Below are positions 5,153 to 15,733 of a DNA stretch of 26,097 nt, one piece after another. Location: the UHGV virus genome UHGV-0386553, one strand, 5' to 3'. Source of the DNA: a virus. Positions within the stretch are counted from its first letter, which is position 1. The number at the start of each line of letters is the position of its first letter. The notes beneath the pieces are model-generated. The model saw nothing but the letters and a program-made list of their open reading frames with translations. It made no database searches and was not told the DNA's origin. A program made the position numbers and the translations under genes.

Positions 5153-8100
5153 CTATTTCATCTGCTCTTCAACTTTATTTAGTAATGGTGATATCGCCCA
5201 CAGATTCTGAAAAGGTAGCATTTTACGGACAGCGTGGGTTTGCTGGCTGTCAAATTCTCCGTTAAGTACACCATTTGCAACCGTCGCGGCATCACCGCCA
5301 AGATCAAAGGTAGGACCAAGTAAAGCACCAATAGCATTACGACTCTGAAACCTTGATACCGGAGGCGCACCAAACATCGCGCCAAGACCAAACCTACCGC
5401 CGCTTATGTTCTCAACGGTATTCAGCGGCTCAGAGAGCCAGCCAAGCATTCCGCCCCGGTCGATCCCCTCTTTCACAAGGTTATTCCAGCTGTAGTCGAT
5501 ATCGCGACCGCTTAACTTCTGTTTCATCATATAGACCATTGAGCCAAGCGCAATCGTGCCAAGCGCACCAAGATAGAATGCAGCATCGCCCTGCTGGATA
5601 CCAGATACCAGCACCCTGTTATGCTGTGCGAAGATAAACGTTTTAAACTGCGTGATCATCTTCCAGCCTTCTTTACTAAAAAACAGCGGGGTATCACCTA
5701 CGCCAGGCGTTACAATCACTGAGTCTACATCTTTCAGCACTGCAGACTGGAAAATCTCTCTAGCGAAACGGTCATCCCACAGATGACTATGCCCGGTTAA
5801 CAGCCCGTCCATATCCTCTCCGTGCTTCCCGAATTGCTCCCCGATTCGGCGCAGAACATCTTCATTGATGCCGACCTGTGCCATCTTCCGCATTTCACTT
5901 TTGGAGAGCGTGCCACCAGCAGAAACTTGGCGAGCCGCGTCAAGTATCCTCGACTGCACTATCATCCCGGACCATGATTTAAGTGCGCTGTTCCACTGAT
6001 TCATCAGCGTCCAGTTACCGAATTTCTGCGTCATCCAGTTCAGACCTCGCTCAGCGGCGCTTCTCCGGCTATAGGGGTCAGTAAGATCCGCTATAGCCTT
6101 TGTACGCGTAGACAGGACATAATCAAGCCCAACGGCCATTTCTCGCAAATCCCTGGTTGCAATTTTCACTGAGTCCATATTTTTAAGCATGCTTACCATT
6201 GGTCCGAGAGATTTTCTCAGGCCATGCTGCATCATCGGTCGCATCAGATCAGTTGCAGCGGAGACGGTCATTCCACCAAGCAAACGGAGGAAGTTAATAT
6301 TCCTAGCAACTCGCCCGGCACGAACAAAGAAACTGCGTGGATCTTGAGGTGCGCCGTAAGTACCAAGCAGTCGGTCACGCATAGCCGTAATATCCCTAAT
6401 ATCAGCCTCCCGTTGCTTCTCAAGAGCTGCACGTCGTTTAGGTGTTTTAGCCTCTTTTATTAGCCGGGTATATTCCTCACTAACCTGACGGATTTGCTCC
6501 CCCATATCTTTACGGCCAAACTGCGCAGTCAGCTCAATTTCTGGCGCCACCTGCCGGAGATAACTTTCCATGATGTAGTTAACATCTGATTCAAGAAAAT
6601 CTTCTATACGCTCATCAGGAATAAGCAGCGTTCGGCTTTTAGTGAAACCAGCCCGACCAACGAGTCTCTCTGGGATAATATCGGCTGGTACAAGCCCGGA
6701 AGGTGCGCCTATTATTTTATTCACGATCTCGTCAGCAGCGTCCTCTGCTTCCTCTCGGGATAGAGGCTCCATCTGCTTCAGTGCTCGCTCGCGGCTTGCA
6801 TTCAGCCTTGTGGTTGAATTTGCCCGTTTTTGCAGTCGGCGAAGCTCAGAACGATATTTCCGTGGATTATCCAGCAACTCCATATGGCGCTGATAGACAG
6901 GAAGCTCACTCTTTGCCTGCGCTATATCATCAAGGCGTGTTTTAAGGTCAGAGCTTTCTTTCATCATTCTTGCCTGAAGTTTTTCTGATGAAGTCTCGGC
7001 CAACTCTTTTTCTATTCTTGTAAGACGCGCCTGTGTGTCAGTCTCCTGAGATATAAGCTTATTTCGTTTATCCAGTTCTTCCATGAGTAGAATTTTTTTA
7101 CCAGACCATTTCTCCGCTTCAGCGATTTCACTAGCGAGAGCATCAGCGCGCGGTGCTGATTCCTCTGCAGTTTTTAGCAATGAATTTATCTTTTCAATTC
7201 GCTGACCTGCTTTGTCAGCACCTTTGGCACTAATCCCTTGTATCCAGTTGGCAATTCGCCCTCTGAATTCAGTGCGGTCGGAAAGTATCTTATCGAACTT
7301 ATAAATGCGGGGAAGATAACTTTTCGCCGTCACGACATCGATATCCTCAGGAAGGATCCCCAGTTCCTGCATACGGGCTTTTGTGGTCTCGAAAATGGGG
7401 CGGATTCTGGCGGCTGCTTGTGAAACCTCAGGAATATCACTCTGATCACCACGGCGCATAGCCATGCCAACAGCTTCATTGAAATCAATAAAGTTCATCC
7501 TCTTCACGCCGCGGGCGCTAACAGATTTGCTGTACTGCTGGTAAGCATCACGAGTGGCTTCCATCTGCTTATAAAGCATGGCGTCGTATTGCTTAATCTT
7601 AGTCTCGACTGCCGTAAACGTAGCCAACCCCTCATCATTTTTGGCGAAGAAATAGTTATTTTCGGCAAGCTGCTGGTTAATCTGACGGGAGACAAGAGAT
7701 GGTGATTGAGCCAAGCGGCCAGCAGGAGTGACACTCAACGTTTTGTTAGCAAGTCCAAGTCCAGCGAGCTGTTCCTGATCGAGTGTGGTATTGAAAACCT
7801 GAGCTGCACCAATGCTTTGAGGAGAATCCATACCTCGCAAATGATTACCTACTGAGTTAACCACTGCCTCGCGCGCGCTAGGTCCAGCAAGTAGCTGTGC
7901 ACCAGCACCAAGGATCCCACCAACGAGAGCATCAACAACAACGTTCGATACACTCTCCATCGGTGAGCGAGCTTCCTGAGTGGCCTGCAATGCGGCCTCT
8001 GAAGCAACACTGCCAGCAGCATTGGCTAAAGCAAAACGTCCGGCTGTTTCTGCAATACGACCGCCACGAACGACAGCGCCGAACGGAATAAACATAGAAA

Positions 8101-8542
8101 TCGCATTGAATGGATCTGCTAATCTCATTGCTACAGAAGAGACTGTACCAGCAAATCCCAAGCCTGAATTGTATTCCATGTCAGCTCTCTGCTTATCGAT
8201 TCGATGTTTAATTGCCATTGTTTCTTCATGCGAACCGGAGTTGATAAACGAATCTGCAAAATCTTCATAGCCTTTAATATCTGCTGCATCGTTATCAAAT
8301 GGGTTATATCCTTCAACCCTGTCAAACTGACTGAAAGGAGCACTGGCAATAAAGCTACCCAGCGTGTTATCTATACGAAATGCTGCTTGTCTAGACCTTT
8401 GAACGCGTTGATCACTGGTAAATGGGTTCACAGCAGAAAGCAAAGAAGGTGTTTCCATATAGAAATTACTGTCATCAGGTGCTGCTATTTGCTGAATATC
8501 CTCGCCAAGCAACTCTTTAGGATCCTGTTCATATATCGGCAT
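5153..8542 (-). CDS. Internal virion (DNA-ejection) protein, T7 gp16-like by position (1129 aa)
   Basis: Large ORF at the end of the coupled structural block; long coiled-coil-like central region. Called by size and synteny (gp13-gp14-gp15-gp16-like run after the tail tubular genes). No lytic transglycosylase motif recognised. Confidence 0.6.
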   Translation of the reverse strand: MPIYEQDPKELLGEDIQQIAAPDDSNFYMETPSLLSAVNPFTSDQRVQRSRQAAFRIDNTLGSFIASAPFSQFDRVEGYNPFDNDAADIKGYEDFADSFINSGSHEETMAIKHRIDKQRADMEYNSGLGFAGTVSSVAMRLADPFNAISMFIPFGAVVRGGRIAETAGRFALANAAGSVASEAALQATQEARSPMESVSNVVVDALVGGILGAGAQLLAGPSAREAVVNSVGNHLRGMDSPQSIGAAQVFNTTLDQEQLAGLGLANKTLSVTPAGRLAQSPSLVSRQINQQLAENNYFFAKNDEGLATFTAVETKIKQYDAMLYKQMEATRDAYQQYSKSVSARGVKRMNFIDFNEAVGMAMRRGDQSDIPEVSQAAARIRPIFETTKARMQELGILPEDIDVVTAKSYLPRIYKFDKILSDRTEFRGRIANWIQGISAKGADKAGQRIEKINSLLKTAEESAPRADALASEIAEAEKWSGKKILLMEELDKRNKLISQETDTQARLTRIEKELAETSSEKLQARMMKESSDLKTRLDDIAQAKSELPVYQRHMELLDNPRKYRSELRRLQKRANSTTRLNASRERALKQMEPLSREEAEDAADEIVNKIIGAPSGLVPADIIPERLVGRAGFTKSRTLLIPDERIEDFLESDVNYIMESYLRQVAPEIELTAQFGRKDMGEQIRQVSEEYTRLIKEAKTPKRRAALEKQREADIRDITAMRDRLLGTYGAPQDPRSFFVRAGRVARNINFLRLLGGMTVSAATDLMRPMMQHGLRKSLGPMVSMLKNMDSVKIATRDLREMAVGLDYVLSTRTKAIADLTDPYSRRSAAERGLNWMTQKFGNWTLMNQWNSALKSWSGMIVQSRILDAARQVSAGGTLSKSEMRKMAQVGINEDVLRRIGEQFGKHGEDMDGLLTGHSHLWDDRFAREIFQSAVLKDVDSVIVTPGVGDTPLFFSKEGWKMITQFKTFIFAQHNRVLVSGIQQGDAAFYLGALGTIALGSMVYMMKQKLSGRDIDYSWNNLVKEGIDRGGMLGWLSEPLNTVENISGGRFGLGAMFGAPPVSRFQSRNAIGALLGPTFDLGGDAATVANGVLNGEFDSQQTHAVRKMLPFQNLWAISPLLNKVEEQMK

Positions 8543-11289
8543 TATTTGCCCCCTGCGTATATATTGCTCGGAAGGTAATTGGCTGAACCATAACCGAATG
8601 GTTTGGTCAGATCTGGAGGAGTATATCCATCTTTATTGCTGAACTGCGGCAGCAGATTGCCTTCTCTCCGCACTCTAGCCTCATCAACACGTTGTTGCTG
8701 GAACTGAATGGTTTGCCTGTACATTGGAGATGTCAGCTGATCCGGCTTGAAACGAACAGGGAGACCATTTTCTCCAATATAATTTCTCGGTTCTATCGCT
8801 CCGTTTGCGTCAGGCTGTAAAACCATAACAGCATAACTCCTATCCCTTGCCGTAAGGCCATCAGAAACAAGTATTAAGTCCGTATCACTGCGAGGACCGC
8901 CAAAGGATTTTGATTTAAGCTCGCGTTTTTCCTGCTCCCACTGCCCCTGTATCCAGTTACCAGCACCATTATTTACTCCGTACAATGCCTCAGGTGCATA
9001 CTTCATAACCTCTGCTTTGCCATTAACTGTAGAAACTCCCCAGGTGGTTCTGATCATGGCATTGGTCATTTTCTCAGCCTGTTCTGCATCGCCACCTGTC
9101 TGTACAAAGTTAGCATCGTAAATTGTCTGGTAATCTCGCTGATAGGCCGCATTTGATTTTCCTGGATCGGTAATATCCGGAGACCACGAACCAAAGGAAG
9201 TCAGACTGCTGGCGTTATTTTGTGCAGCAGTTGCCCTCGCCGCGACATATTTTTTGTCTCGCATGGCAGTGGAAAGCATCTGTTTCATTCGGTCATCCTG
9301 TTGGAACACCTGGCTGTAAGCCATATCAACAGCCTTATCCTCCGGCACGCCAGCGCGGGAATAATCGTAAACCTTGCCGTAAAATGCCATCGTACTTTTA
9401 TCAAGTGTTGCCGCTGCCGCCGGATTATTATCGAATAACTGACCGTAGAATTTTGCCATCGGGACAACCAGCGCAGGATCTCTTGATGTTGCTCCACTGT
9501 TAAGCATTGTTTTAACCTGAGTTGGTATCATGCCGCTTTTAGTTGTGACGGTGACCAGTGTATTGATGCTCTGCGGATCAGATATGGAAAACGAAGGCGC
9601 GATATCCTGCGCGAAATAACGGTCTACCGCTGCCTGATTGTTTTTGTCGTTCGGGTCCAGCGGGAAGTTATTTTGCATTGAAGACACGAACCTGTTTCTT
9701 CCCTGCTGAATCTCCCACTCCCTATCCATCTCTTTAAATTTGGCCTGCATTTTCTCCCAGCGTTGCTGGTTAGCTGCAAATCCAGGAGCGTTTGGATCCT
9801 GTGGACGTAAACGTTCAAGAATGTCTTGTCGTCCTTCTGGAGTGAGGTCTTTAGCGGCACCAATGACACCTCCATATTGTATCTGCGCCTGCATATCCTT
9901 CCACTTCATAGCGCCAATGCGCGGACCATTGGCCCGGATAAAATCGTCCTCAGAAGGTAACTTCTCAGGTTTCAATCCTTCATCAAGGGCTGAATATGCA
10001 TCTTTAACTACGGTGCTAAGCTGGTCCGCATACTGCTGGCGGTACTGATTTCTCAGCTCATTAGCCTGCCTCAATGCCTGTATTTGCATTTGAGGGCTCA
10101 TAGCATCAAATGCCGCATTGCCCGTATAACGCTTAGGTGAATCAAGGTTAGTTAGACCAAGGGCTGCCGAGATACCAGTTTCAAGCTGTTCGGTGCTATA
10201 AAGCATACTGCCATTTTCGTGTTTAATAATCCCAGCACATAAAGCAGCTAGTGTCTTTGGGTTAGAGATATCAAGCTGATCATTCTCCCCAACACCAAGC
10301 TCACCACACAATGCCCTAATATAAGCATCAGTATTATTACCATCACTAGCCGGAGCATAGCGATTAACAATCTCGCTAACGGTGTCATAGCCTTGACGCT
10401 GGTAAGACAACATATTTTTACCCAACGCGCGGATTCCATGCTCAGGGGTAGCAAACGTTGCAAAACGTCCATCGCTACCGATCTGACCTTCCCACGGGTT
10501 AGATTTGCTCGCTTCAATATTACCAGGGTTATTATTACGTAAACCACGAGCATCCAATGAATTACCATGTGATATTGCACGACTCACACCATCAAGATCC
10601 CCTGGCTCTCCATTAACCTGAAGAAACTCGTTGTATTTTTGAGCGATATTTCCTATCCATGCTTGCTGCCCCATTTGTTCCTTGAGCTGAGTTTTCTGCT
10701 GAACACGCCACTCATCAGGAAGCCCATGCGCATCAGCGTATTGATCAATAGATTCAAATCGCTGCTTGGCTAAATCGACAAATGCTTGGTTATCGCTATA
10801 TAGCCCCGCAGACTGAGTGACAGCCAATGCATTTCCTGACAAATACGTTTGATCTTGGAATTGCTGAAACTGCCCAACTTCATATCGACGTGCCTGATTG
10901 TAATAAGACTGCATAGACTGCTGGAGTTGAAAGGATAATTTATTCCTTTCCTCACTTTCAGGAATTGAGCCTAATAATGCCTGAGCCCTTTCCTGCATAT
11001 TTTTCATAACAGCGTCACTCTGACCAAGAGCGTTTTTACCCTGTTTAGAAATCAGCCCACTTTCAGGGTTGTTAATCTGGTCATCTGCAAATTGGTTAAA
11101 TTGCAGTAACGCCTCCTGGGCCATAGCAACATTCGCTTTCTGCCTGGCTTCACCATATGCCACCGCATACTGATCTGCGACATTCGCCAGCACCTGACCT
11201 GCTTGAGGAACATCGAAGATCTGAAAACCACCGGTTTGCACACCACGACTTTGCACCTGGCGTCCGGATGTAGTAGGAACAACAGGCAT
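8542..11289 (-). CDS. Internal virion protein, T7 gp15-like by position (915 aa)
   Basis: 1-nt overlap coupling with both neighbours. Called by size and synteny. Contains the segment GLRNNNPGNIEASKSNPWEGQIGSDGRFATFATPEHGIRALG, which looks like a conserved enzymatic or binding motif (unverified). Confidence 0.6.
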   Translation of the reverse strand: MPVVPTTSGRQVQSRGVQTGGFQIFDVPQAGQVLANVADQYAVAYGEARQKANVAMAQEALLQFNQFADDQINNPESGLISKQGKNALGQSDAVMKNMQERAQALLGSIPESEERNKLSFQLQQSMQSYYNQARRYEVGQFQQFQDQTYLSGNALAVTQSAGLYSDNQAFVDLAKQRFESIDQYADAHGLPDEWRVQQKTQLKEQMGQQAWIGNIAQKYNEFLQVNGEPGDLDGVSRAISHGNSLDARGLRNNNPGNIEASKSNPWEGQIGSDGRFATFATPEHGIRALGKNMLSYQRQGYDTVSEIVNRYAPASDGNNTDAYIRALCGELGVGENDQLDISNPKTLAALCAGIIKHENGSMLYSTEQLETGISAALGLTNLDSPKRYTGNAAFDAMSPQMQIQALRQANELRNQYRQQYADQLSTVVKDAYSALDEGLKPEKLPSEDDFIRANGPRIGAMKWKDMQAQIQYGGVIGAAKDLTPEGRQDILERLRPQDPNAPGFAANQQRWEKMQAKFKEMDREWEIQQGRNRFVSSMQNNFPLDPNDKNNQAAVDRYFAQDIAPSFSISDPQSINTLVTVTTKSGMIPTQVKTMLNSGATSRDPALVVPMAKFYGQLFDNNPAAAATLDKSTMAFYGKVYDYSRAGVPEDKAVDMAYSQVFQQDDRMKQMLSTAMRDKKYVAARATAAQNNASSLTSFGSWSPDITDPGKSNAAYQRDYQTIYDANFVQTGGDAEQAEKMTNAMIRTTWGVSTVNGKAEVMKYAPEALYGVNNGAGNWIQGQWEQEKRELKSKSFGGPRSDTDLILVSDGLTARDRSYAVMVLQPDANGAIEPRNYIGENGLPVRFKPDQLTSPMYRQTIQFQQQRVDEARVRREGNLLPQFSNKDGYTPPDLTKPFGYGSANYLPSNIYAGGK

Positions 11290-11864
11290 CAGTAACCTCC
11301 TATTTTGAATCGGGAGTCAGAATTCATAAAACCTGAGTTAGATAACATTGGCGTCCCACCACTAGATGTACTTCCTTTAGAGAACGGACTCCACGTCCCA
11401 CCAAACATCTGGTACGCACCGTATGCCTTCAGAGGCGCAGTGAGTAAAGTTGTTGCTGCTCCCACATTCCCCTGTTTACGGGCTGAACTGGCTTCTGCTT
11501 TATAGTTGGCAGCCTGAACCTGATAACCGTAAGCCTCGCGTTGCGCGTTATTCACCGTCGTCAGAGAATCAAGAGCGCCAAACTGGGCAGTGTCGCCAAA
11601 TATATCCAGCGCGTTACCTGTAGATAAATCAGCGCCGGTAGCCCCCATTGTCGCCGCCTGTGTACCAAGCCGCTGTCGGGTCTCTCTGCGTCGTTGCTCA
11701 GCTTCAGCGTTACCTCTGTTTATTGCATCATTTGCCTGAGCTGTGGCTATATCTGCGTTCGCTTCTGCAACCTTCGAGGCATACTTTCCCTGTTGGTACT
11801 GGGTGTATGCCTGAATGCCACTCATGGCGAGCATTGCGCCACCAGCAATAACCGGATCGCACAT
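11289..11864 (-). CDS. Internal virion protein, T7 gp14-like by position (191 aa)
   Basis: Size and position match; Gly/Ala/Gln-rich. Coupled to neighbours. Confidence 0.5.
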   Translation of the reverse strand: MCDPVIAGGAMLAMSGIQAYTQYQQGKYASKVAEANADIATAQANDAINRGNAEAEQRRRETRQRLGTQAATMGATGADLSTGNALDIFGDTAQFGALDSLTTVNNAQREAYGYQVQAANYKAEASSARKQGNVGAATTLLTAPLKAYGAYQMFGGTWSPFSKGSTSSGGTPMLSNSGFMNSDSRFKIGGY

Positions 11865-12328
11865 TATTTTCTCTCCATGTGAAATCTGTGGAAATTAAGA
11901 CCAAGAGCACCATAAGGCGCGGCTTCTTCAAGCCTGAATCCAAGCCAGTGCAGCCATGCTTTGGCAACATGGTTTCGCTCGTCGACGTAGTTTTCCAGGC
12001 GCGGATAAACTGCCAGCATCTGCTGCAATACAGGGCGGCAGTGGCGCAGAAATGTCTTCTGATATTTTTCAATACGGCTGGTTCCTACCAGCCAGGGCGT
12101 ACCATTGCCACCGATCATTGACGCCGGAGATACACCAAACATGGTTACCAGTTCTCCGTTCGCGAACCCTGACCAGGCCATAGTCGCAGTGCGAAGACCA
12201 ACGCGCAGCGCATCTTCGGTAGTCATCAGCGATACCGCATACAGTTCGTCAATATCAGCCTGACGAACATCCGGCAAAATCATCTGAAGATGCTCTTCGG
12301 TAGCGGGAATAATTTGAACATCGATCAT
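11864..12328 (-). CDS. Internal virion protein, T7 gp13-like by position (154 aa)
   Basis: Size and position between the tail tubular B-like and gp14-like genes. Confidence 0.45.
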   Translation of the reverse strand: MIDVQIIPATEEHLQMILPDVRQADIDELYAVSLMTTEDALRVGLRTATMAWSGFANGELVTMFGVSPASMIGGNGTPWLVGTSRIEKYQKTFLRHCRPVLQQMLAVYPRLENYVDERNHVAKAWLHWLGFRLEEAAPYGALGLNFHRFHMERK

Positions 12329-14799
12329 CAGAATCCCCCAACAGTAAGGCGAGGAATAACGGCAAGAACAGACAGCGGCAACGGGTCAAGCTGACGGATT
12401 TTTACACGCCCGTTTTTGCCCCAGTTACTGTCCAGTTTCACTTCTACTTTTCCGGTAGCATCATCAACAGGATCATCGTAGAACTCGAATTCACGCTGTG
12501 GATATTCGTACCATTTACCGCCGGGCGTAGTCGCCCAGATGCCGCGACTGGCATTCACAACCAGAGTAACGGACGGGATCACCTGTTTTTTGTCCAGCAG
12601 CGTTTCCTGTCCGTTAATGTTGATATCCAGTGTTTCGAATTCAGCAGTTATTGGCAGGCCGATGTGCACAACAGCCCCCGGTGATTCCAGCGTGACGGCA
12701 CCTCCGGAAACCACTTTTTGTGGTTCCACGTTCGCATCAGAGAGGATGTTTACGGTCTGGCCTTCAAGATGAGACAAGCCGCCAAATGTCCGGCGCGCCA
12801 TCTGCCAGTTCGTGGTGGCCACATTCCTGAGGGATGGCGGGACGTTCCTGTTAGCACGAACCACTACTGCGGTATTGCTGGTTACAGAAATAATGTCGCA
12901 ACGTAATTCTTTTGACACTTCATCGCCAGTATCAGGATCAGCTCCGGTATAAGGGAACTGTAGTTGCGCACCAACATCACTACTGGTGAAGTACGCACCA
13001 CCAGAAACACTGATTGTATATTCCGCGTGGTAATCCCATTCACCAGAACCACCAGTGATGGTCATCGTTCTGTCAGACGTATTTCTTCCATCATAGCTAA
13101 GGCCAGAATCAACAAAGAAAGCATCTTCATCGCTGGTAAATAAACGGCTGGACAGTCGCTCTATGTATCTCACTGTTTGCCCGTTAACGGTTCGGTTAAC
13201 GACGAAATACACCGCATCTTCATTGCCTTCGCTGATACTGCATGTGCTTTCATATTTCCCGGTACTGGATTGTGGTGCCCATGCAAAAACCTGCTGATCA
13301 CGCAAATAGGTCATCACCAGTAATTTACCGTCATCACGAATGCAGAAGGCGCTGGAGTAAGGGACAATAGAGAAGCACCAGTCAACAATGCTGTGCTTCT
13401 GAAAAAGATGATTGGCAAGGATAGTAAGGTCGTTCCCCTGATAGCCGTCAACATCGAATGAGTAGGCCAGATCACGGACAACACTGCCTTTCTCCTGGAC
13501 GAACAGAGCAATATTCGCCACGGCAATTGGTGGGACATTGCTCGAACCATTTGATCCCTGAGAGCTGAATGCAAATGATGATGGAGTTAATACTTTGTTC
13601 TGGTCGCCGGTGATGACGTACTCACCTCCAGAAGTCAGCGCCACCAGCGAACCAACATCAATCAGGTGGCGGATCTCATTAACCTGACGCCCGGCATAGG
13701 TGTAGATAATTCTGTCGTCATCCTGCGTAGGATTGCTTTTGCCAAAATCCTTATAATCCCCAGTACGGCTGGCCCAGATAGTCTGAGGGAACGCAGTCGA
13801 TGCGGCGAAGTAAAGACGTTGTTGATAATAAACAACAGTGCCAGGATAACCGTTAATACTGTTCCAGGCATATTTAGCCCATTTGTAGCTGGCATTATCC
13901 TCGCCAACAACCTGCGAAGGGATATAGGAAATCACCTCGGCAGTTGCAGTAGTTCCATTTGCAGCAGAGATACGGGCAATGCCAAAACCACTGTGCAGAT
14001 ACTCCCACTCAATGCCGGTATCATCATCACCGGATCCGCCCCAGCCATCCCATGATGTGCCTTCTGTATGCGAAGGGCGCAAAGTGCCTGTTTTGCCTGC
14101 TGTAACGGCGCGATAGTAGTTACTGTCTGCACGGCGAATATCGCCAATCGACGTACTCTTACTGGTTTCCCATACCGGCACAGAATCCACTGCAGGCTGT
14201 TCCAGATAGAACAATTTGCCTACCTGCTCCGCGCCAAAAATAGAGGCGCTTGCCGTTAACGTAATTGTCCCGGTGCTGGCGCTGGCATAAACCGTCACTG
14301 ACTCGTCAATATTGATATCTTCAAATGGCCCGTTCTTCGTTACCACATCAACCAGTTGCCAGTTGTCATGCGCATAGCGGCGCAACTCTTTCGGCGGGTA
14401 TGCCGGATGAACCAGCGTAAGCACGTCTGCGCTTTGCGTGAATTTAATTCGGAACAGATCGGCTTCAGTATATGGCGTGGCAATTTCATAAATAACATTG
14501 CTGCTGTTCAGCACCAACGCACCATCTTTGATAACGCGCATGTACTGGTGTCCGAACTCCAGAGCATAAGTCTGAACCGTCGAGAACTGGAACGGGATCA
14601 GGCGGCATTTCCGATTTGGGTATTTGGCGGCACCGACAAAACGCGTACCAGGTCGATTCTCAACGCCGCCATACTGCCGCACGATAAAGTTATCGCACTT
14701 GCGCAATGCCACCTGGTACTTCGCCATGTCGATACGACCGTACAACGATGGTCCAATCTCACCACCGGCAAAGCTGGGCTGGATCCAACTGATAGCCAT
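12328..14799 (-). CDS. Tail tubular protein B-like (823 aa)
   Basis: N-terminus MAISWIQPSFAGGEIGPSLYGR resembles T7 gp12 MALISQSIKNLKGGISQQPD; size about 800 aa; follows the tubular A-like gene. Confidence 0.65.
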   Translation of the reverse strand: MAISWIQPSFAGGEIGPSLYGRIDMAKYQVALRKCDNFIVRQYGGVENRPGTRFVGAAKYPNRKCRLIPFQFSTVQTYALEFGHQYMRVIKDGALVLNSSNVIYEIATPYTEADLFRIKFTQSADVLTLVHPAYPPKELRRYAHDNWQLVDVVTKNGPFEDINIDESVTVYASASTGTITLTASASIFGAEQVGKLFYLEQPAVDSVPVWETSKSTSIGDIRRADSNYYRAVTAGKTGTLRPSHTEGTSWDGWGGSGDDDTGIEWEYLHSGFGIARISAANGTTATAEVISYIPSQVVGEDNASYKWAKYAWNSINGYPGTVVYYQQRLYFAASTAFPQTIWASRTGDYKDFGKSNPTQDDDRIIYTYAGRQVNEIRHLIDVGSLVALTSGGEYVITGDQNKVLTPSSFAFSSQGSNGSSNVPPIAVANIALFVQEKGSVVRDLAYSFDVDGYQGNDLTILANHLFQKHSIVDWCFSIVPYSSAFCIRDDGKLLVMTYLRDQQVFAWAPQSSTGKYESTCSISEGNEDAVYFVVNRTVNGQTVRYIERLSSRLFTSDEDAFFVDSGLSYDGRNTSDRTMTITGGSGEWDYHAEYTISVSGGAYFTSSDVGAQLQFPYTGADPDTGDEVSKELRCDIISVTSNTAVVVRANRNVPPSLRNVATTNWQMARRTFGGLSHLEGQTVNILSDANVEPQKVVSGGAVTLESPGAVVHIGLPITAEFETLDININGQETLLDKKQVIPSVTLVVNASRGIWATTPGGKWYEYPQREFEFYDDPVDDATGKVEVKLDSNWGKNGRVKIRQLDPLPLSVLAVIPRLTVGGF

Positions 14800-15404
14800 C
14801 AGGACAACCTCGCAATAGTAAACTCGTCAACCGGTGGCTGTGGTTCCTGTGATTCATTCTGGCTATGCGAGCCAGCACTAAGAATCACGCGATTGTACAT
14901 ATTGAGGGCAAACGTACCGAGGTCTGCATTCCCAGTCAGCGCCATGTTAATAGCTGCCGCAAGACGCCAGGCCAACGCCTCCATAAAAATGGCATCAAAC
15001 ATGTTCACATCTGAAACGCGAGAGACATACTTGAGCCATGCCTGCGGCTGGTCTGTGTAGATCAACTTTCCTGTTCCGTTGGTGTCTGCACCAACTTCGT
15101 ACTGAACGCGCATTGCTGCTGTTGGATTGCGTACACCAGGAAGCATAATTTCAGTAATGCGCAGACAATCGGACGGGTACTGATACGCATATTCCCAGTC
15201 AGGCGGTGGATTGCTCGTATTTGCAAGCGCCACGCGTTTGGTAGCAAAGTTCCAGTCAAAATCAGAAAGCACAGCATCACGGCAGGCCTCAAAGTGCAGC
15301 GAACATTCCCCCGCTTCCTTGCTGGCTTCCGTCAGGCTGTTAATGCTGCGGCTGTTGCCAATATTGGACAGCGCACGATTGCAGATCTCTACTACAGAGG
15401 CCAT
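14799..15404 (-). CDS. Tail tubular protein A-like (201 aa)
   Basis: N-terminal SVVEICNRALSNIGNSRSINSL resembles T7 gp11 (SAVNDILASIGEPPVSTL); size about 196 aa; correct synteny. Confidence 0.6.
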   Translation of the reverse strand: MASVVEICNRALSNIGNSRSINSLTEASKEAGECSLHFEACRDAVLSDFDWNFATKRVALANTSNPPPDWEYAYQYPSDCLRITEIMLPGVRNPTAAMRVQYEVGADTNGTGKLIYTDQPQAWLKYVSRVSDVNMFDAIFMEALAWRLAAAINMALTGNADLGTFALNMYNRVILSAGSHSQNESQEPQPPVDEFTIARLS

Positions 15405-15733
15405 TACTCACCCCCATTGCCGTACAGGGTTTCAGCCGCTGATTTTTCTACATCACCGGAAACAGGAGCGATTGCCATATCAGTGATCTGCAGATCGGCG
15501 CTGCGATTAACACCATCGTCAGTTTCTCTGGCATACAGGCCTCGAATAACAGCCTTTGCAGTTATCATCACTTCTGTTCCGACGCCCTGAGGTTGCGCCT
15601 TCAGCTTATTCAATGTGTCGTTATTAAGAGTGATGCACAGCCCCCACGGGTATTCATCGCGAGTTCTGGTTTCTCCTCTCTCATCCTGGTAGCTGTCAGT
15701 GCCGGTTTTGAGGTTTACGAGTTCCATATACAC
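15404..15733 (-). CDS. Hypothetical virion-module protein (109 aa)
   Basis: Coupled ORF; its C-terminus SAAETLYGNGGE shares the motif SAAE[VT]LYG with the scaffold C-terminus. Confidence 0.45.
   Translation of the reverse strand: MYMELVNLKTGTDSYQDERGETRTRDEYPWGLCITLNNDTLNKLKAQPQGVGTEVMITAKAVIRGLYARETDDGVNRSADLQITDMAIAPVSGDVEKSAAETLYGNGGE

Noticed and set aside
5153-8542. Lytic transglycosylase (SLT) domain expected in a gp16-like ejection protein
   Set aside because: I looked for the E-S ... GLMQ-type motif in the N-terminal part and did not see it; the protein is called only by size and position.
5179-11282. Numerous short ORFs on either strand inside the 1129-aa and 915-aa genes (e.g. 5353..5637, 6642..6893, 7980..8270, 9222..9503, 10248..10580)
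   Set aside because: All are nested in or antisense to the two long, tightly coupled structural ORFs; their compositions are typical of shadow frames.
14356-15060. Plus-strand 234-aa ORF
   Set aside because: Antisense across the junction of the tubular B-like and tubular A-like genes; no RBS and a Cys/Arg-rich product.
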